This document shows, one piece after another, positions 28,930-36,777 of a DNA stretch of 55,092 nt. Each line of letters opens with the position of its first letter. The first letter of the stretch is position 1. Origin of the DNA: Oceanicoccus sp. (GTDB taxonomy: Bacteria; Patescibacteriota; Gracilibacteria; UBA1369; 2-02-FULL-48-14). The DNA is taken from the NCBI GenBank assembly GCA_047635955.1, contig JBLIGW010000001.1, forward strand, positions 1 to 55,092, written 5' to 3'. The notes under the pieces were generated by a model. That model had not been told where the DNA came from. It worked only from the letters and a program-made list of their open reading frames with translations, and ran no database searches. A program made the translations under genes and the position numbers.

Positions 28930-29368
28930 ACAGTTCGTTTCGGAATTCCTAGTTCATCTAGGAATAGACTTCACTGATTTAGAAGTTGAAACTCTCAGCG
29001 AAAACAAACTACGTGTGAACGTAGTTTCTGATGAACCAAGCCTACTCATTGGTCATCACGGTGAAAACCTCATCGCAATGCAAAAACTAATCAAAGTAGT
29101 GGTTCACAAACGTTTTGGTGAAGCTGTTGAAGTTGCCTTTGATGTAGATAGCTACCGAAAACGACAAGAAGAAAACGTACTTGCGATTACTAAGCAAAAA
29201 ATTGAAGAAGTGCGATCAACACGAGTCCAAGCAACACTTCCTCCAATGTCTCCCTACTTCCGACGAGTTGTTCACCTATTTGTTAGAGACGATGAATACA
29301 CAGATCTAGAAACGGAAAGCATGGGTGAAGGAAACTACAGACAAGTTGCTATTAAGCCTAAAGCCTAA
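28913..29368 (+). CDS. jag: Jag/KhpB-like RNA-binding protein (KH + R3H domains)
   Basis: KH-like segment LLIGHHGENL.A.Q.L and the R3H motif (LPPMSPYFRRVVHLFV). It occupies the conserved position after yidC. Confidence 0.8.
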   Translation: MEKEIKQFVSEFLVHLGIDFTDLEVETLSENKLRVNVVSDEPSLLIGHHGENLIAMQKLIKVVVHKRFGEAVEVAFDVDSYRKRQEENVLAITKQKIEEVRSTRVQATLPPMSPYFRRVVHLFVRDDEYTDLETESMGEGNYRQVAIKPKA

Positions 29369-29372
29369 AGGC

Positions 29373-30263
29373 ATGAAAGCCTCACTTATCATCCCTTCTC
29401 TGCTAGTAAGTCTCATCATTCCTGTGGTGGCCCTTTCTTCAAGCACCGTTTACTCAGACGTTCCAGTAAATCATATTTATGCAGGACCAGTAATGCACTT
29501 TACTGACACTGGCCTTGTAAGTGGATACGACGCAGGAAACTTTGGCGTAGACAATGAAATCAACCGCGTAGAAGCTTTGAAAGTAATCATGGAATACTGG
29601 GAGGTTCAAGACCCAAGCGAAAACGTAGAAATGACTTTTACGGATCTAGAAGAAGAAGCTTGGTACTTAGAGTCTTTAGAAAAAGCACTTTCCCTTGGAA
29701 TCGTTAGTGGATACCCAGATGGTAGCTTTCAGCCTGAAAGCAGCGTTAACCGCGTTGAGGCACTCAAAATGATTCTTATTAGTGGTGGAATGGACATCCC
29801 TAGCAGTGATGACGAATATTGGTACGCTGGATACCTAGATTACGCTATTGAAAATGGCCTACTCACTTCTACAGCCGATGCTGATTACGATCCAGAAGCT
29901 ACACTCACTCGTGGTGAATTTATTGATCTTTTATACCGTTTAGAAAAAAACCCATACACCGGTGAAGACGAATACGGTGTGGCGAGTTATTACGGCTACT
30001 CATTTGATGGGAGAAATACAGCCTCAGGCATCCCACTAGAAGCCTACGGCTACATGGCAGCTCATAAGACCCTTCCTTTTGGAACTTGGGTACGAGCTAC
30101 AAACTTAGACAACAATGAATACGTAGATGTGGAAATCGTAGACCGAGGGCCTTTCATTGAAGGTCGAATTATAGATCTAACTCCAGGAGCATTCGAAGAA
30201 ATTGGCTCCTTGGGAAGCGGAATTTTGAATGTAAGAATTGAAATACTCTCAACAGAAGAGTAG
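29373..30263 (+). CDS. secreted SLH-repeat protein fused to an RlpA-like double-psi beta-barrel (lytic transglycosylase-like) domain
   Basis: Signal peptide, then three SLH-like repeats (e.g. FTDLEEEAWYLESLEKALSLGIVSGYPDGSFQPESSVNRVEALKMI). The C-terminal RlpA/DPBB motifs are GVASYYG..F.GR.TASG, AAHKTLPFGT.VR.TN..N...V.V.I.DRGPF..GRIIDL. I prefer ATG 29373 to the track start 29325. Confidence 0.7.
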   Translation: MKASLIIPSLLVSLIIPVVALSSSTVYSDVPVNHIYAGPVMHFTDTGLVSGYDAGNFGVDNEINRVEALKVIMEYWEVQDPSENVEMTFTDLEEEAWYLESLEKALSLGIVSGYPDGSFQPESSVNRVEALKMILISGGMDIPSSDDEYWYAGYLDYAIENGLLTSTADADYDPEATLTRGEFIDLLYRLEKNPYTGEDEYGVASYYGYSFDGRNTASGIPLEAYGYMAAHKTLPFGTWVRATNLDNNEYVDVEIVDRGPFIEGRIIDLTPGAFEEIGSLGSGILNVRIEILSTEE

Positions 30264-30273
30264 ATTAGTAGCA

Positions 30274-30639
30274 ATGATGGACCCACTTACACGTCGAGTA
30301 AAACCACTTAAAAACCGAACGCGCAGAAAACCGCTTTCAGTCGAAGTTCAAAGTACCTACCGAATGATTGTATTTTTACTCTTACTCATTGGAGGAGCCT
30401 CAATGGCTCTTTTTCTTTATACAAATAGCCTCAAACCAGTGAAGGGATACACGCTCAAACAGTTGCAAATCAACTACGAAAACCTTTCAGCTGAATCTCG
30501 AACTTGGGACCACCGCGTTATTGAAGCTCAATCCTTCATCAACCTTGAAGAAGATGCCGTAGTCAATGAAATGGAAGAAATGAATGAAAATGATTTCAGC
30601 TACGCAACAAGCGATTTTGGATACGCATACAATGAATAA
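30274..30639 (+). CDS. FtsL/DivIC-like bitopic membrane protein (tentative)
   Basis: Basic N-terminus, one TM helix (MIVFLLLLIGGASMALFLY), then a short coiled-coil-like ectodomain. The call rests on architecture only, with no sequence motif. The start is taken at MMDPL. Confidence 0.3.
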   Translation: MMDPLTRRVKPLKNRTRRKPLSVEVQSTYRMIVFLLLLIGGASMALFLYTNSLKPVKGYTLKQLQINYENLSAESRTWDHRVIEAQSFINLEEDAVVNEMEEMNENDFSYATSDFGYAYNE

Positions 30640-31270
30640 GGAAAACACAGTTCAATTGGTGCAGATTTTAGCCCATGAGTTTCCTGACCCACAGGCACCT
30701 TTGACGCACCGAAATGCTTTTGAGCTACTCATTGCGGTGATTCTTTCCGCACAATGTACCGATGCACGTGTGAACACCGTGACTCCACACCTTTTCCATA
30801 AAGACACCCCCTGTAAGCCCCAAGACTTGCTTGACTTGGGCGAAGACGAAGTAAAACGAATCATTCACCCCTGTGGCTATTTCAACAGCAAAACAAAAGC
30901 CCTCATGGGCTCTGCCATGATGCTTCAAGGCAAAGAAGTCCCAAATGACTTTGACGAACTCATTAAACTCCCAGGTGTTGGTGGTAAAACCGCTCAAGTT
31001 GTGCTCGCTCAGTGGTATGGCCAAGATACCTTTCCTGTGGACACTCACATACATCGTGTTTGTAATCGTTTAGGCGTTGCCGATTCTGGCAAAAACCGTG
31101 ACAAAACTGAACGACAAATGAAAGCTGCTATTCCCAAAGAAAATTGGAGCGCACTGCACCTGCAAATTATTTTCCACGGAAGAAAAACCTGCACCGCCTA
31201 TAAACCTAAATGTGGGGACTGCCCTCTCAAAGAGATTTGCGAGTGGGACTCCAAAACTCCCATGAAATAG
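30632..31270 (+). CDS. nth: endonuclease III (DNA-(apurinic/apyrimidinic site) lyase)
   Basis: FELLIAVILSAQCTD..VN, helix-hairpin-helix LPGVGGKTA.VVL, DTHI.RV..RLG and the C-terminal 4Fe-4S motif C-x6-C-x2-C-x5-C (CTAYKPKCGDCPLKEIC). I prefer the start MNKEN (30632). Confidence 0.9.
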   Translation: MNKENTVQLVQILAHEFPDPQAPLTHRNAFELLIAVILSAQCTDARVNTVTPHLFHKDTPCKPQDLLDLGEDEVKRIIHPCGYFNSKTKALMGSAMMLQGKEVPNDFDELIKLPGVGGKTAQVVLAQWYGQDTFPVDTHIHRVCNRLGVADSGKNRDKTERQMKAAIPKENWSALHLQIIFHGRKTCTAYKPKCGDCPLKEICEWDSKTPMK

Positions 31271-33038
31271 ATCTAGCTTCACAAAATTTAGACAAGGCCT
31301 CCAAAACTTCTTTTTCTGACGTGTCACTTCTTTGAAGTTCACGCTTCAGTTCATCTTGATCCACCACAACCTTAGTCAAATAATTGAAAACTTCGCCTCC
31401 ATCAACTCCACCAACTTGTGCCTCTAAATATCTAACCACGTTTTTGTGATCACCTTCGCGAGCAAGATTAAAAATAGCCTTCATAATAGGAACATGAACC
31501 GCAGCGATTTGCCTACTGGCAACGTCACCACCTAACTCACTAATACTATTAGGCAAGCCTAGTGAATTCAAAGAATCTGAAGCCGTGAAGCTAGTGTGAT
31601 CTTTCAAACCTTCAAAATCGAAAACAAAACGTACACTTCCATAATTAACCCCAGAACCATTACTTTCAAGTTCATCACTCGAATCATCAATCACCATTGC
31701 AAGAGAACTCTCATCCTCAGACCAACCTAAAGCAGTATGAATAGCTTTTCGATCAAACAATACTTCATCCAAACTACGCAGACCTTTACTTCGTTTTTTT
31801 TGCTCATCCTTAGGCAAGTCAAAAATCGTCAGAATACGACCCGACTCCAAAAGAGCAATCACATCCTGACCTGTTTCAGAATAAGACAGAACTAAATCAT
31901 CCTTAATGTTTTCAGCTTCCGATTTCAGCTCCTTGATAAGTTCTTCAACATCAAAAGAACTAGACCTATTATGAATTAAATGCAAAATAATTGCGTGTCT
32001 AATTGTTTCAAAAGATCTATGTGCTTGCTTATCCATCTTGTCAGCTTGAAGTTCAGAAAGCTCACTCACGTTCAAACCATCAAAAGCTAAATAGACAGCT
32101 TTCAAATGATCCAACCAATACTGCATATTATAAAGAACCTTAGGCATTTTATCCTGCGAAAAACGAGATCCAAACGCCCAAGCCATTTTATTATATTTCT
32201 CAAAAAGATCCTCAGGTAGATCAGGCACCACCTTAGTGATTAGTTTTTGAATAGAAGGTAAGTCAGATTTAATTTGAACCAAAAGAGAATGATCAATCCC
32301 CAAGGCCTTTAAAGTATCCGCCTTGCTTGACCAGTCTTCAACAAAATCATGGAAAGACCCCCTGTCAGATTTCAATTGTCTCTTCAAATCATCTTCATCA
32401 ATCTCATTTAATCCTTTTGAATACCGTCTCAAAAGACGAGCCTCTTCACCGATTACACGACCTTGACTTGGGAGAAGTCCACGAAGCCAACCCGATACAC
32501 TGTTCCGAGAAAGTGCATGAGCCTCCATACGCTCTTTTGCACGCTGGGCCAGAACTTCAATGCTTGCAATACTCTGTTTTAAAGCATCACTCCCTTTGGT
32601 AATTGAATCCATTGCTTCAGCTGATTTAGAACCAGTTTCTTTTTTTAGTAATTGACATCGTTCAAATTCAGAATGAAGCTCAGCAGCAGCTTCCTGATCA
32701 GCATAAACATGAGACATTCTCGAATAAAAATGCATATCTTCTTCTGAACCCCCGGGTCTCAAATCCTGAATAGAATGAAAAAGGATATTTACTTCCTGGC
32801 GAAGTTTCACAATCTGAGAAATTTTCTCTCTATCCTCATCCTTTCTTAGTGGAGCACCTGAGCTGAACTCAAGACTTTCCTCTAAAACAGTAATCTCTTG
32901 AGCTAAAACTTTTACTCGAGTTTCAACTTGATTGATTAAAAAAATTTTACCACCAGGCGTCCTGATCTCTCTTGTTTCTTTAGAGCTCAAGCTTTCAATC
33001 TGACTACCCTCTAAATTTATTTCTTCTGAAGAATTCAT
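31227..33038 (-). CDS. large soluble hypothetical protein (603 aa)
   Basis: Uninterrupted 603-codon ORF with coding-like composition, no TM or signal peptide, and a coiled-coil-like N-terminal third. No motif recognised. Its 3' end overlaps the nth 3' end by 44 nt. Confidence 0.6.
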   Translation of the reverse strand: MNSSEEINLEGSQIESLSSKETREIRTPGGKIFLINQVETRVKVLAQEITVLEESLEFSSGAPLRKDEDREKISQIVKLRQEVNILFHSIQDLRPGGSEEDMHFYSRMSHVYADQEAAAELHSEFERCQLLKKETGSKSAEAMDSITKGSDALKQSIASIEVLAQRAKERMEAHALSRNSVSGWLRGLLPSQGRVIGEEARLLRRYSKGLNEIDEDDLKRQLKSDRGSFHDFVEDWSSKADTLKALGIDHSLLVQIKSDLPSIQKLITKVVPDLPEDLFEKYNKMAWAFGSRFSQDKMPKVLYNMQYWLDHLKAVYLAFDGLNVSELSELQADKMDKQAHRSFETIRHAIILHLIHNRSSSFDVEELIKELKSEAENIKDDLVLSYSETGQDVIALLESGRILTIFDLPKDEQKKRSKGLRSLDEVLFDRKAIHTALGWSEDESSLAMVIDDSSDELESNGSGVNYGSVRFVFDFEGLKDHTSFTASDSLNSLGLPNSISELGGDVASRQIAAVHVPIMKAIFNLAREGDHKNVVRYLEAQVGGVDGGEVFNYLTKVVVDQDELKRELQRSDTSEKEVLEALSKFCEARSISWEFWSPTRKSL

Positions 33039-33094
33039 CTTAATATTATACCATAAAAATTAGCTTTTCTAAAGTAACCCCGTACCTATAAAGA

Positions 33095-33126
33095 CACAAA
33101 AAGAGCCCTCACGGGCTCTTTTTGTG
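33095..33126. terminator. perfect palindromic terminator hairpin
   Basis: CACAAAAAGAGCCC-tcac-GGGCTCTTTTTGTG is a 14-bp perfect stem with a GC core flanked by A5/T5. It lies 19 nt beyond the stop of the minus-strand gene 33145-34026. Confidence 0.65.
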
Positions 33127-33144
33127 ATTAAAAATCAAATCCTC

Positions 33145-34026
33145 TTACTTCTTTCCTTTCTTCTTTTTACGATCAAGCCATTTCCATCCAAACCATCCAA
33201 GGATTGCAAAAGGCCATCCAAAGATCGCTAGATAAATTACTCCATCCAATACATCTTGAAGAAATACCAACCAATTACCAAAGGCATCAGTTACCGTGCT
33301 AAATGGACGCCATTTTTCAGTAACGGCACTCACGCTTTCGTCTTCAGTTAAATAAAGATCGATAGTAGAGAAAGCCACTCGAGTATCGTAATAACTGAGC
33401 TGACTTTCCATGTATTCAATGTTTGATCGAACCGTAGAAAGAGACCTCGTCACTTCAAGAATTTCAGTGACAGTCCCCGCTCTATCCATAAGGTTTAAGT
33501 AAGCTTGTTCTTCAACATACGCATTGTTCACACGAGCCGTAAGGTCCATGTACGCATCTGTTACATCATCCGCATTGGTCCATTCATTGTCCGTATAAAT
33601 AGCCAAATCTTTCAGATTTCCCATCGCTGAATCAAAACCTTCAGCAGGAACTCGAATCTGAATATCTGCATAATAAGATGAGTCACCTCGACTCACATTC
33701 AGGTAGAGAACGCTCCCTCCCCATTCAGAAATAGATGCTTCAATAAGATCCACTGATTCACGCACATCATCCACATGAAGATCAAGCGAACCTGATTTAA
33801 TCACCTTAGCCTCTACATCAACTGATTCAGTAGCTACATCATCAAAACCATATTCTCCTTCAGCAAGAAAAGAGGTAGGCGCTGATTTAGCACTATCATA
33901 ATCCATATAAGACTCTTCAAGAGGAGCACTAGTATTGGATCGAGTTAAGGGATTACTACACGCTGAGAAAAGTACTGAAAAAAGCACTAGTGAGGCAAGC
34001 AAGGCCGATTTATTAAATAGCTTCAT
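33145..34026 (-). CDS. DUF4349-like lipoprotein with a C-terminal membrane anchor
   Basis: Lipobox (LFSACSN) and a central pattern typical of DUF4349: VIKSGSLDLHVDD......I......GG.V......, IQIRVPAEGF and DVTDAYMDL.ARV. Two C-terminal TM helices and a KKKKGKK tail. Confidence 0.6.
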   Translation of the reverse strand: MKLFNKSALLASLVLFSVLFSACSNPLTRSNTSAPLEESYMDYDSAKSAPTSFLAEGEYGFDDVATESVDVEAKVIKSGSLDLHVDDVRESVDLIEASISEWGGSVLYLNVSRGDSSYYADIQIRVPAEGFDSAMGNLKDLAIYTDNEWTNADDVTDAYMDLTARVNNAYVEEQAYLNLMDRAGTVTEILEVTRSLSTVRSNIEYMESQLSYYDTRVAFSTIDLYLTEDESVSAVTEKWRPFSTVTDAFGNWLVFLQDVLDGVIYLAIFGWPFAILGWFGWKWLDRKKKKGKK

Positions 34027-34124
34027 GACAATTGGGTTAGTCTACATGCCAGTATAACATGTGAGTTCACAGGAATCTTTCAAAAATGTTAGAATAATAA
34101 GGAAATAGAATTAAATCCCACATT

Positions 34125-34748
34125 ATGAATAATAACTCACACGAAACTCCAGACTCAGCTCCAAGTGAAGTAATAAACTTTGACGAAGAAGTTCGCAAAC
34201 GTGCAGATATTGCTCTCGAAGCAAAGCACGAACACGAAATTGCCACAGCTGTAGCCGAGCATCCTGAAAACGTAGACAAAGAAGAACTGAGAATTGAAAT
34301 CTTTCGACGTCTTGAAGGTGCACGAAATGCTGAAGCACGCGTGAAAGTCATTGCCACAATTTTAGATACTTATGGAGCCGACGCATTACTTGGATTCTTT
34401 TTCCCAGAAATTGGTGACGCCGCCGTTTCTGCTAGCGTCTTTGCTTACCTATTTGGAGAGTCCGTTATGGCAGGTATCCCAGCCACTGACATTGCAAAAA
34501 TGGCATGGTACCAACTCGTAGATTTTGCAATTGGAAGCGTTCCTATCATTGGAGATATTGGTGACCATTTCTACAAAGCAAATAACTACTCCGCCACCTT
34601 ATTCACCGAACATCGTGACCGACTAGTAGCCGAAGCAGTCGAAGCAGGCATCCCTCAATCAGAGATTGAACACTTACTCACCTCACGTGAATCCATTGAA
34701 CATGGCGCAAAAAAAGCAAATAAGTTCGTTAAGAAAATGGCTGCTTAA
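34125..34748 (+). CDS. DUF4112-like membrane protein
   Basis: The pattern LLGFFFPEIGD.........Y......AG.P......M...Q.VDFAIGSVPIIGDIGD.FYKAN..S matches the duplicated P.hGD motif of DUF4112. Confidence 0.5.
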   Translation: MNNNSHETPDSAPSEVINFDEEVRKRADIALEAKHEHEIATAVAEHPENVDKEELRIEIFRRLEGARNAEARVKVIATILDTYGADALLGFFFPEIGDAAVSASVFAYLFGESVMAGIPATDIAKMAWYQLVDFAIGSVPIIGDIGDHFYKANNYSATLFTEHRDRLVAEAVEAGIPQSEIEHLLTSRESIEHGAKKANKFVKKMAA

Positions 34749-34760
34749 TTGGATACTAAA

Positions 34761-34785
34761 AAAGCCCTCCACAATGGAGGGCTTT
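34761..34785. terminator. bidirectional terminator between convergent genes
   Basis: AAAGCCCTCC-acaat-GGAGGGCTTT is a 10-bp perfect stem flanked by an A run and a T run. Confidence 0.6.
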
Positions 34786-34805
34786 AAATAAACTAATAAA
34801 GAGAA

Positions 34806-35888
34806 CTAGTAAACTAGTGTATTAGAACTAAAGTTTGAGTTAGAAACATCTCCTACCCAATGGGCATCTATGTTTGTATCATTCCAAAGAAATCCAGTTT
34901 TAGACGTACCAGTTGGTGAGAAATGCCCCAGATCAATAGTAGCTGTGAGCATGTCATCCTCACCTGCATCTACATCCATAAGGCTAGTAGTATCAAGCAC
35001 AATAGATAGTGATTCTGTATCACCACCACTCACTGCAAAACTTGAACTTGGAATCAGTCGAACATGTGCCTCATCTGCATCAGAAACAACAAGCAAACCT
35101 GTGGCAACAGTAGTACCTCCGTTTTTGAGGTAAACCGTATCTCCATCAGCAGCAAGATTGAAGTCTCCATCCGAAGCGAAGTCTACAGTCAAGATAACAA
35201 GATCAACATCTTCACTATCATGAGCAGAAACATTAAAAACGAAAACCTCGTCTGAAGATGAAACCGTTCGTGCTCCACTTGGAGAAGTACTTGAAAGTGC
35301 TAATGTAGGTTTAGATTCAAAAACTTGCATTATTTCTCCAACAGCAGCAACACTTGTTGCTCTTCCTGTATCCCCGGTGTTTTGGTTCACCGCATCTGTT
35401 GCTTTAAGAGTAACAGCAAAACGGTCACCTGGAGTGGCTCCATCAGCAACACCGCTCAAATCAACATAAACCGTCACCTTGGCGTCATCAGCTCCAGCAA
35501 CAAATACATCAAGCCCTGAAAATGAGGCGACACCTGAACTAAGAAAATATCCAGTTTTAGTTTCAAGATCACCATCAGAATTTTCATATTCAAGGTGAGC
35601 AGCAGAAATATTATTCGCTACATCGGCCTTAATTGAAAGATCCATATCTTCAACAATATAATCATCCGTATCTGAAGTAAGCTTAAATACTGCTACTTCT
35701 TGATTCTCTTGGTCTAAGACTAGAATGTCACTACTAGGGGTACTAGCATCAATTGTTAGCTCTAGATCAGAAAGTCCAGAACTCCAACCACCGAAGCTTC
35801 CTTGCATTAAACTTCCACTACCAAAGACGTAAGCTCCTCCAAGTAAGACAGCTACAGCCGCCCCTCCAATAAGTAATTTTTTGTTCAT
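34806..35888 (-). CDS. secreted Ser/Thr/Asp-rich hypothetical protein (beta-rich, possibly Ig-like repeats)
   Basis: N-terminal signal peptide/anchor (MNKKLLIGGAAVAVLLGGAYVFG). The remainder is acidic and beta-strand-like, with recurring V.V.VDLS/ATD.. segments. No family recognised. Confidence 0.55.
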   Translation of the reverse strand: MNKKLLIGGAAVAVLLGGAYVFGSGSLMQGSFGGWSSGLSDLELTIDASTPSSDILVLDQENQEVAVFKLTSDTDDYIVEDMDLSIKADVANNISAAHLEYENSDGDLETKTGYFLSSGVASFSGLDVFVAGADDAKVTVYVDLSGVADGATPGDRFAVTLKATDAVNQNTGDTGRATSVAAVGEIMQVFESKPTLALSSTSPSGARTVSSSDEVFVFNVSAHDSEDVDLVILTVDFASDGDFNLAADGDTVYLKNGGTTVATGLLVVSDADEAHVRLIPSSSFAVSGGDTESLSIVLDTTSLMDVDAGEDDMLTATIDLGHFSPTGTSKTGFLWNDTNIDAHWVGDVSNSNFSSNTLVY

Positions 35889-36011
35889 TTTTATATTTTG
35901 TTAAGATTTAGAACAATCTAAATATTATACAGTAAATTCACTATAATGGCAATAGTCGCCTCAGGGGGTACATCCCTCCGTACTGTGCACCTCTACACAA
36001 AACGGCCAATC

Positions 36012-36037
36012 AAAAAAACACCCGATGGGCATTTTTT
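36012..36037 (-). terminator. terminator-like hairpin plus T run after tRNA-Glu(CUC)
   Basis: On the minus strand: AAAAAATGCCCATCGGGTGTTTTTTT, beginning 5 nt after the CCA end. Confidence 0.45.
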
Positions 36038-36041
36038 GAAT

Positions 36042-36116
36042 TGGTGATCCCAAGGAGAATCGAACTCCTATTTCCAGGATGAGAACCTGGTGTCCTAACC
36101 GTTAGACGATGGGACC
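36042..36116 (-). tRNA. tRNA-Glu (anticodon CUC), CCA encoded
   Basis: The minus strand reads GGTCCCATCGTCTAACGGTTAGGACACCAGGTTCTCATCCTGGAAATAGGAGTTCGATTCTCCTTGGGATCACCA. The cloverleaf folds: 7-bp acceptor, CCAGG/CCTGG anticodon stem, loop TT-CTC-AT, T-loop TTCGATT. Confidence 0.9.
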
Positions 36117-36186
36117 ATCAGAAAGAATGTATAGCCTTTTGAAGAAGGCGACAAATAAAAAAATACCCGATGGGCATTTTTCTAAA

Positions 36187-36263
36187 TGGTGATCTCACGG
36201 AGAATATTCAGACGCGCTTTGCACGTCTGTTTTACTGATGTCGTCATTCGGTCATGTGAAAGC
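36187..36263 (-). pseudogene. decayed tRNA-Glu-derived unit (tRNA-sized, non-cloverleaf)
   Basis: The last 19 nt (ATTCTCCGTGAGATCACCA) are identical to the 3' end of tRNA-Glu(UUC). The 5' GCTTTCA still pairs 6/7 with the 3' acceptor strand. The interior is replaced by a 9-bp hairpin (CAGACGTGC-aaa-GCGCGTCTG), with no T-arm or anticodon arm. It is flanked by copies of the neighbouring unit's terminator and promoter motif. Confidence 0.6.
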
Positions 36264-36387
36264 CACTAATAGAATGTATAGATTCTACATACACATACTA
36301 TTAGTGATAAAAAGTGTTGGCTCTCCCGCGACTCTCACTCTTAATCAGCATCGAACTAAAGTTCGAAGTTTCTTTCAGAAACACACC

Positions 36388-36414
36388 AAAACAAAAACCA
36401 CCCTTCAGGTGGCC
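36388..36414 (-). terminator. rho-independent terminator after tRNA-Glu(UUC)
   Basis: The minus strand reads CCACC-tgaag-GGTGG followed by TTTTTGTTTTG, starting about 10 nt after the CCA end. Confidence 0.55.
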
Positions 36415-36421
36415 TTAATTT

Positions 36422-36496
36422 TGGTGATCTCACGGAGAATCGAACTCCGATTTCCAGGATGAAAACCTGGTGTCCTAACCGTTAGACGATGAGACC
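36422..36496 (-). tRNA. tRNA-Glu (anticodon UUC), CCA encoded
   Basis: The minus strand reads GGTCTCATCGTCTAACGGTTAGGACACCAGGTTTTCATCCTGGAAATCGGAGTTCGATTCTCCGTGAGATCACCA. The anticodon loop is TT-TTC-AT and the cloverleaf is canonical. Confidence 0.9.
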
Positions 36497-36525
36497 AAAT
36501 ATCTTGCTCAATTAAAAGCATATGC

Positions 36526-36553
36526 AGTATATGTTTTGAACTTTCAAAGTCAA
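36526..36553 (-). promoter_or_regulatory. sigma70-like promoter for tRNA-Glu(UUC)
   Basis: The minus strand has TTGACT (36553-36548), a 16-nt spacer and TATACT (36531-36526), about 30 nt upstream of the tRNA 5' end. Confidence 0.4.
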
Positions 36554-36715
36554 GCTTGATTTACCACAAATAACAGTCATTAAGCATCAAAAAACAGCCA
36601 TTTAAGCCTAAAATAAGACAAAAAAATGATTTTTCCAAGCGAAATTTCAGAGTCATTTAACAGGTTACTTAACCTGAAGAGGGCAATAATTTAGAATTTC
36701 GCAAGGGCAAGCCCC

Positions 36716-36745
36716 TTGTCCAACCTGATAAGTGCTGCATATACT
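36716..36745 (+). promoter_or_regulatory. candidate promoter for the 66-aa gene
   Basis: TTGTCC (36716-36721), an 18-nt spacer and TATACT (36740-36745), 32 nt before ATG 36778. The -35 element sits in the 3' arm of a CAAGGG/CCCTTG hairpin. Confidence 0.35.
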
Positions 36746-36777
36746 CTGTAATAGATTTATCCCTAATCCACTTACAT

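Noticed and set aside
34067-34357. Two minus-strand ORFs (96 and 71 aa) antisense to the 5' part of the DUF4112-like gene
   Set aside because: Both are Ser/Arg/Leu-rich shadow frames of the plus-strand gene. The plus-strand gene has the recognisable duplicated P.hGD membrane motif and a downstream terminator.
36238-36462. 74-aa plus-strand ORF in the tRNA region
   Set aside because: It runs antisense through the 3' end and terminator of tRNA-Glu(UUC) and through the hairpin-rich spacer. Its composition is not protein-like, so it is most likely a chance ORF.
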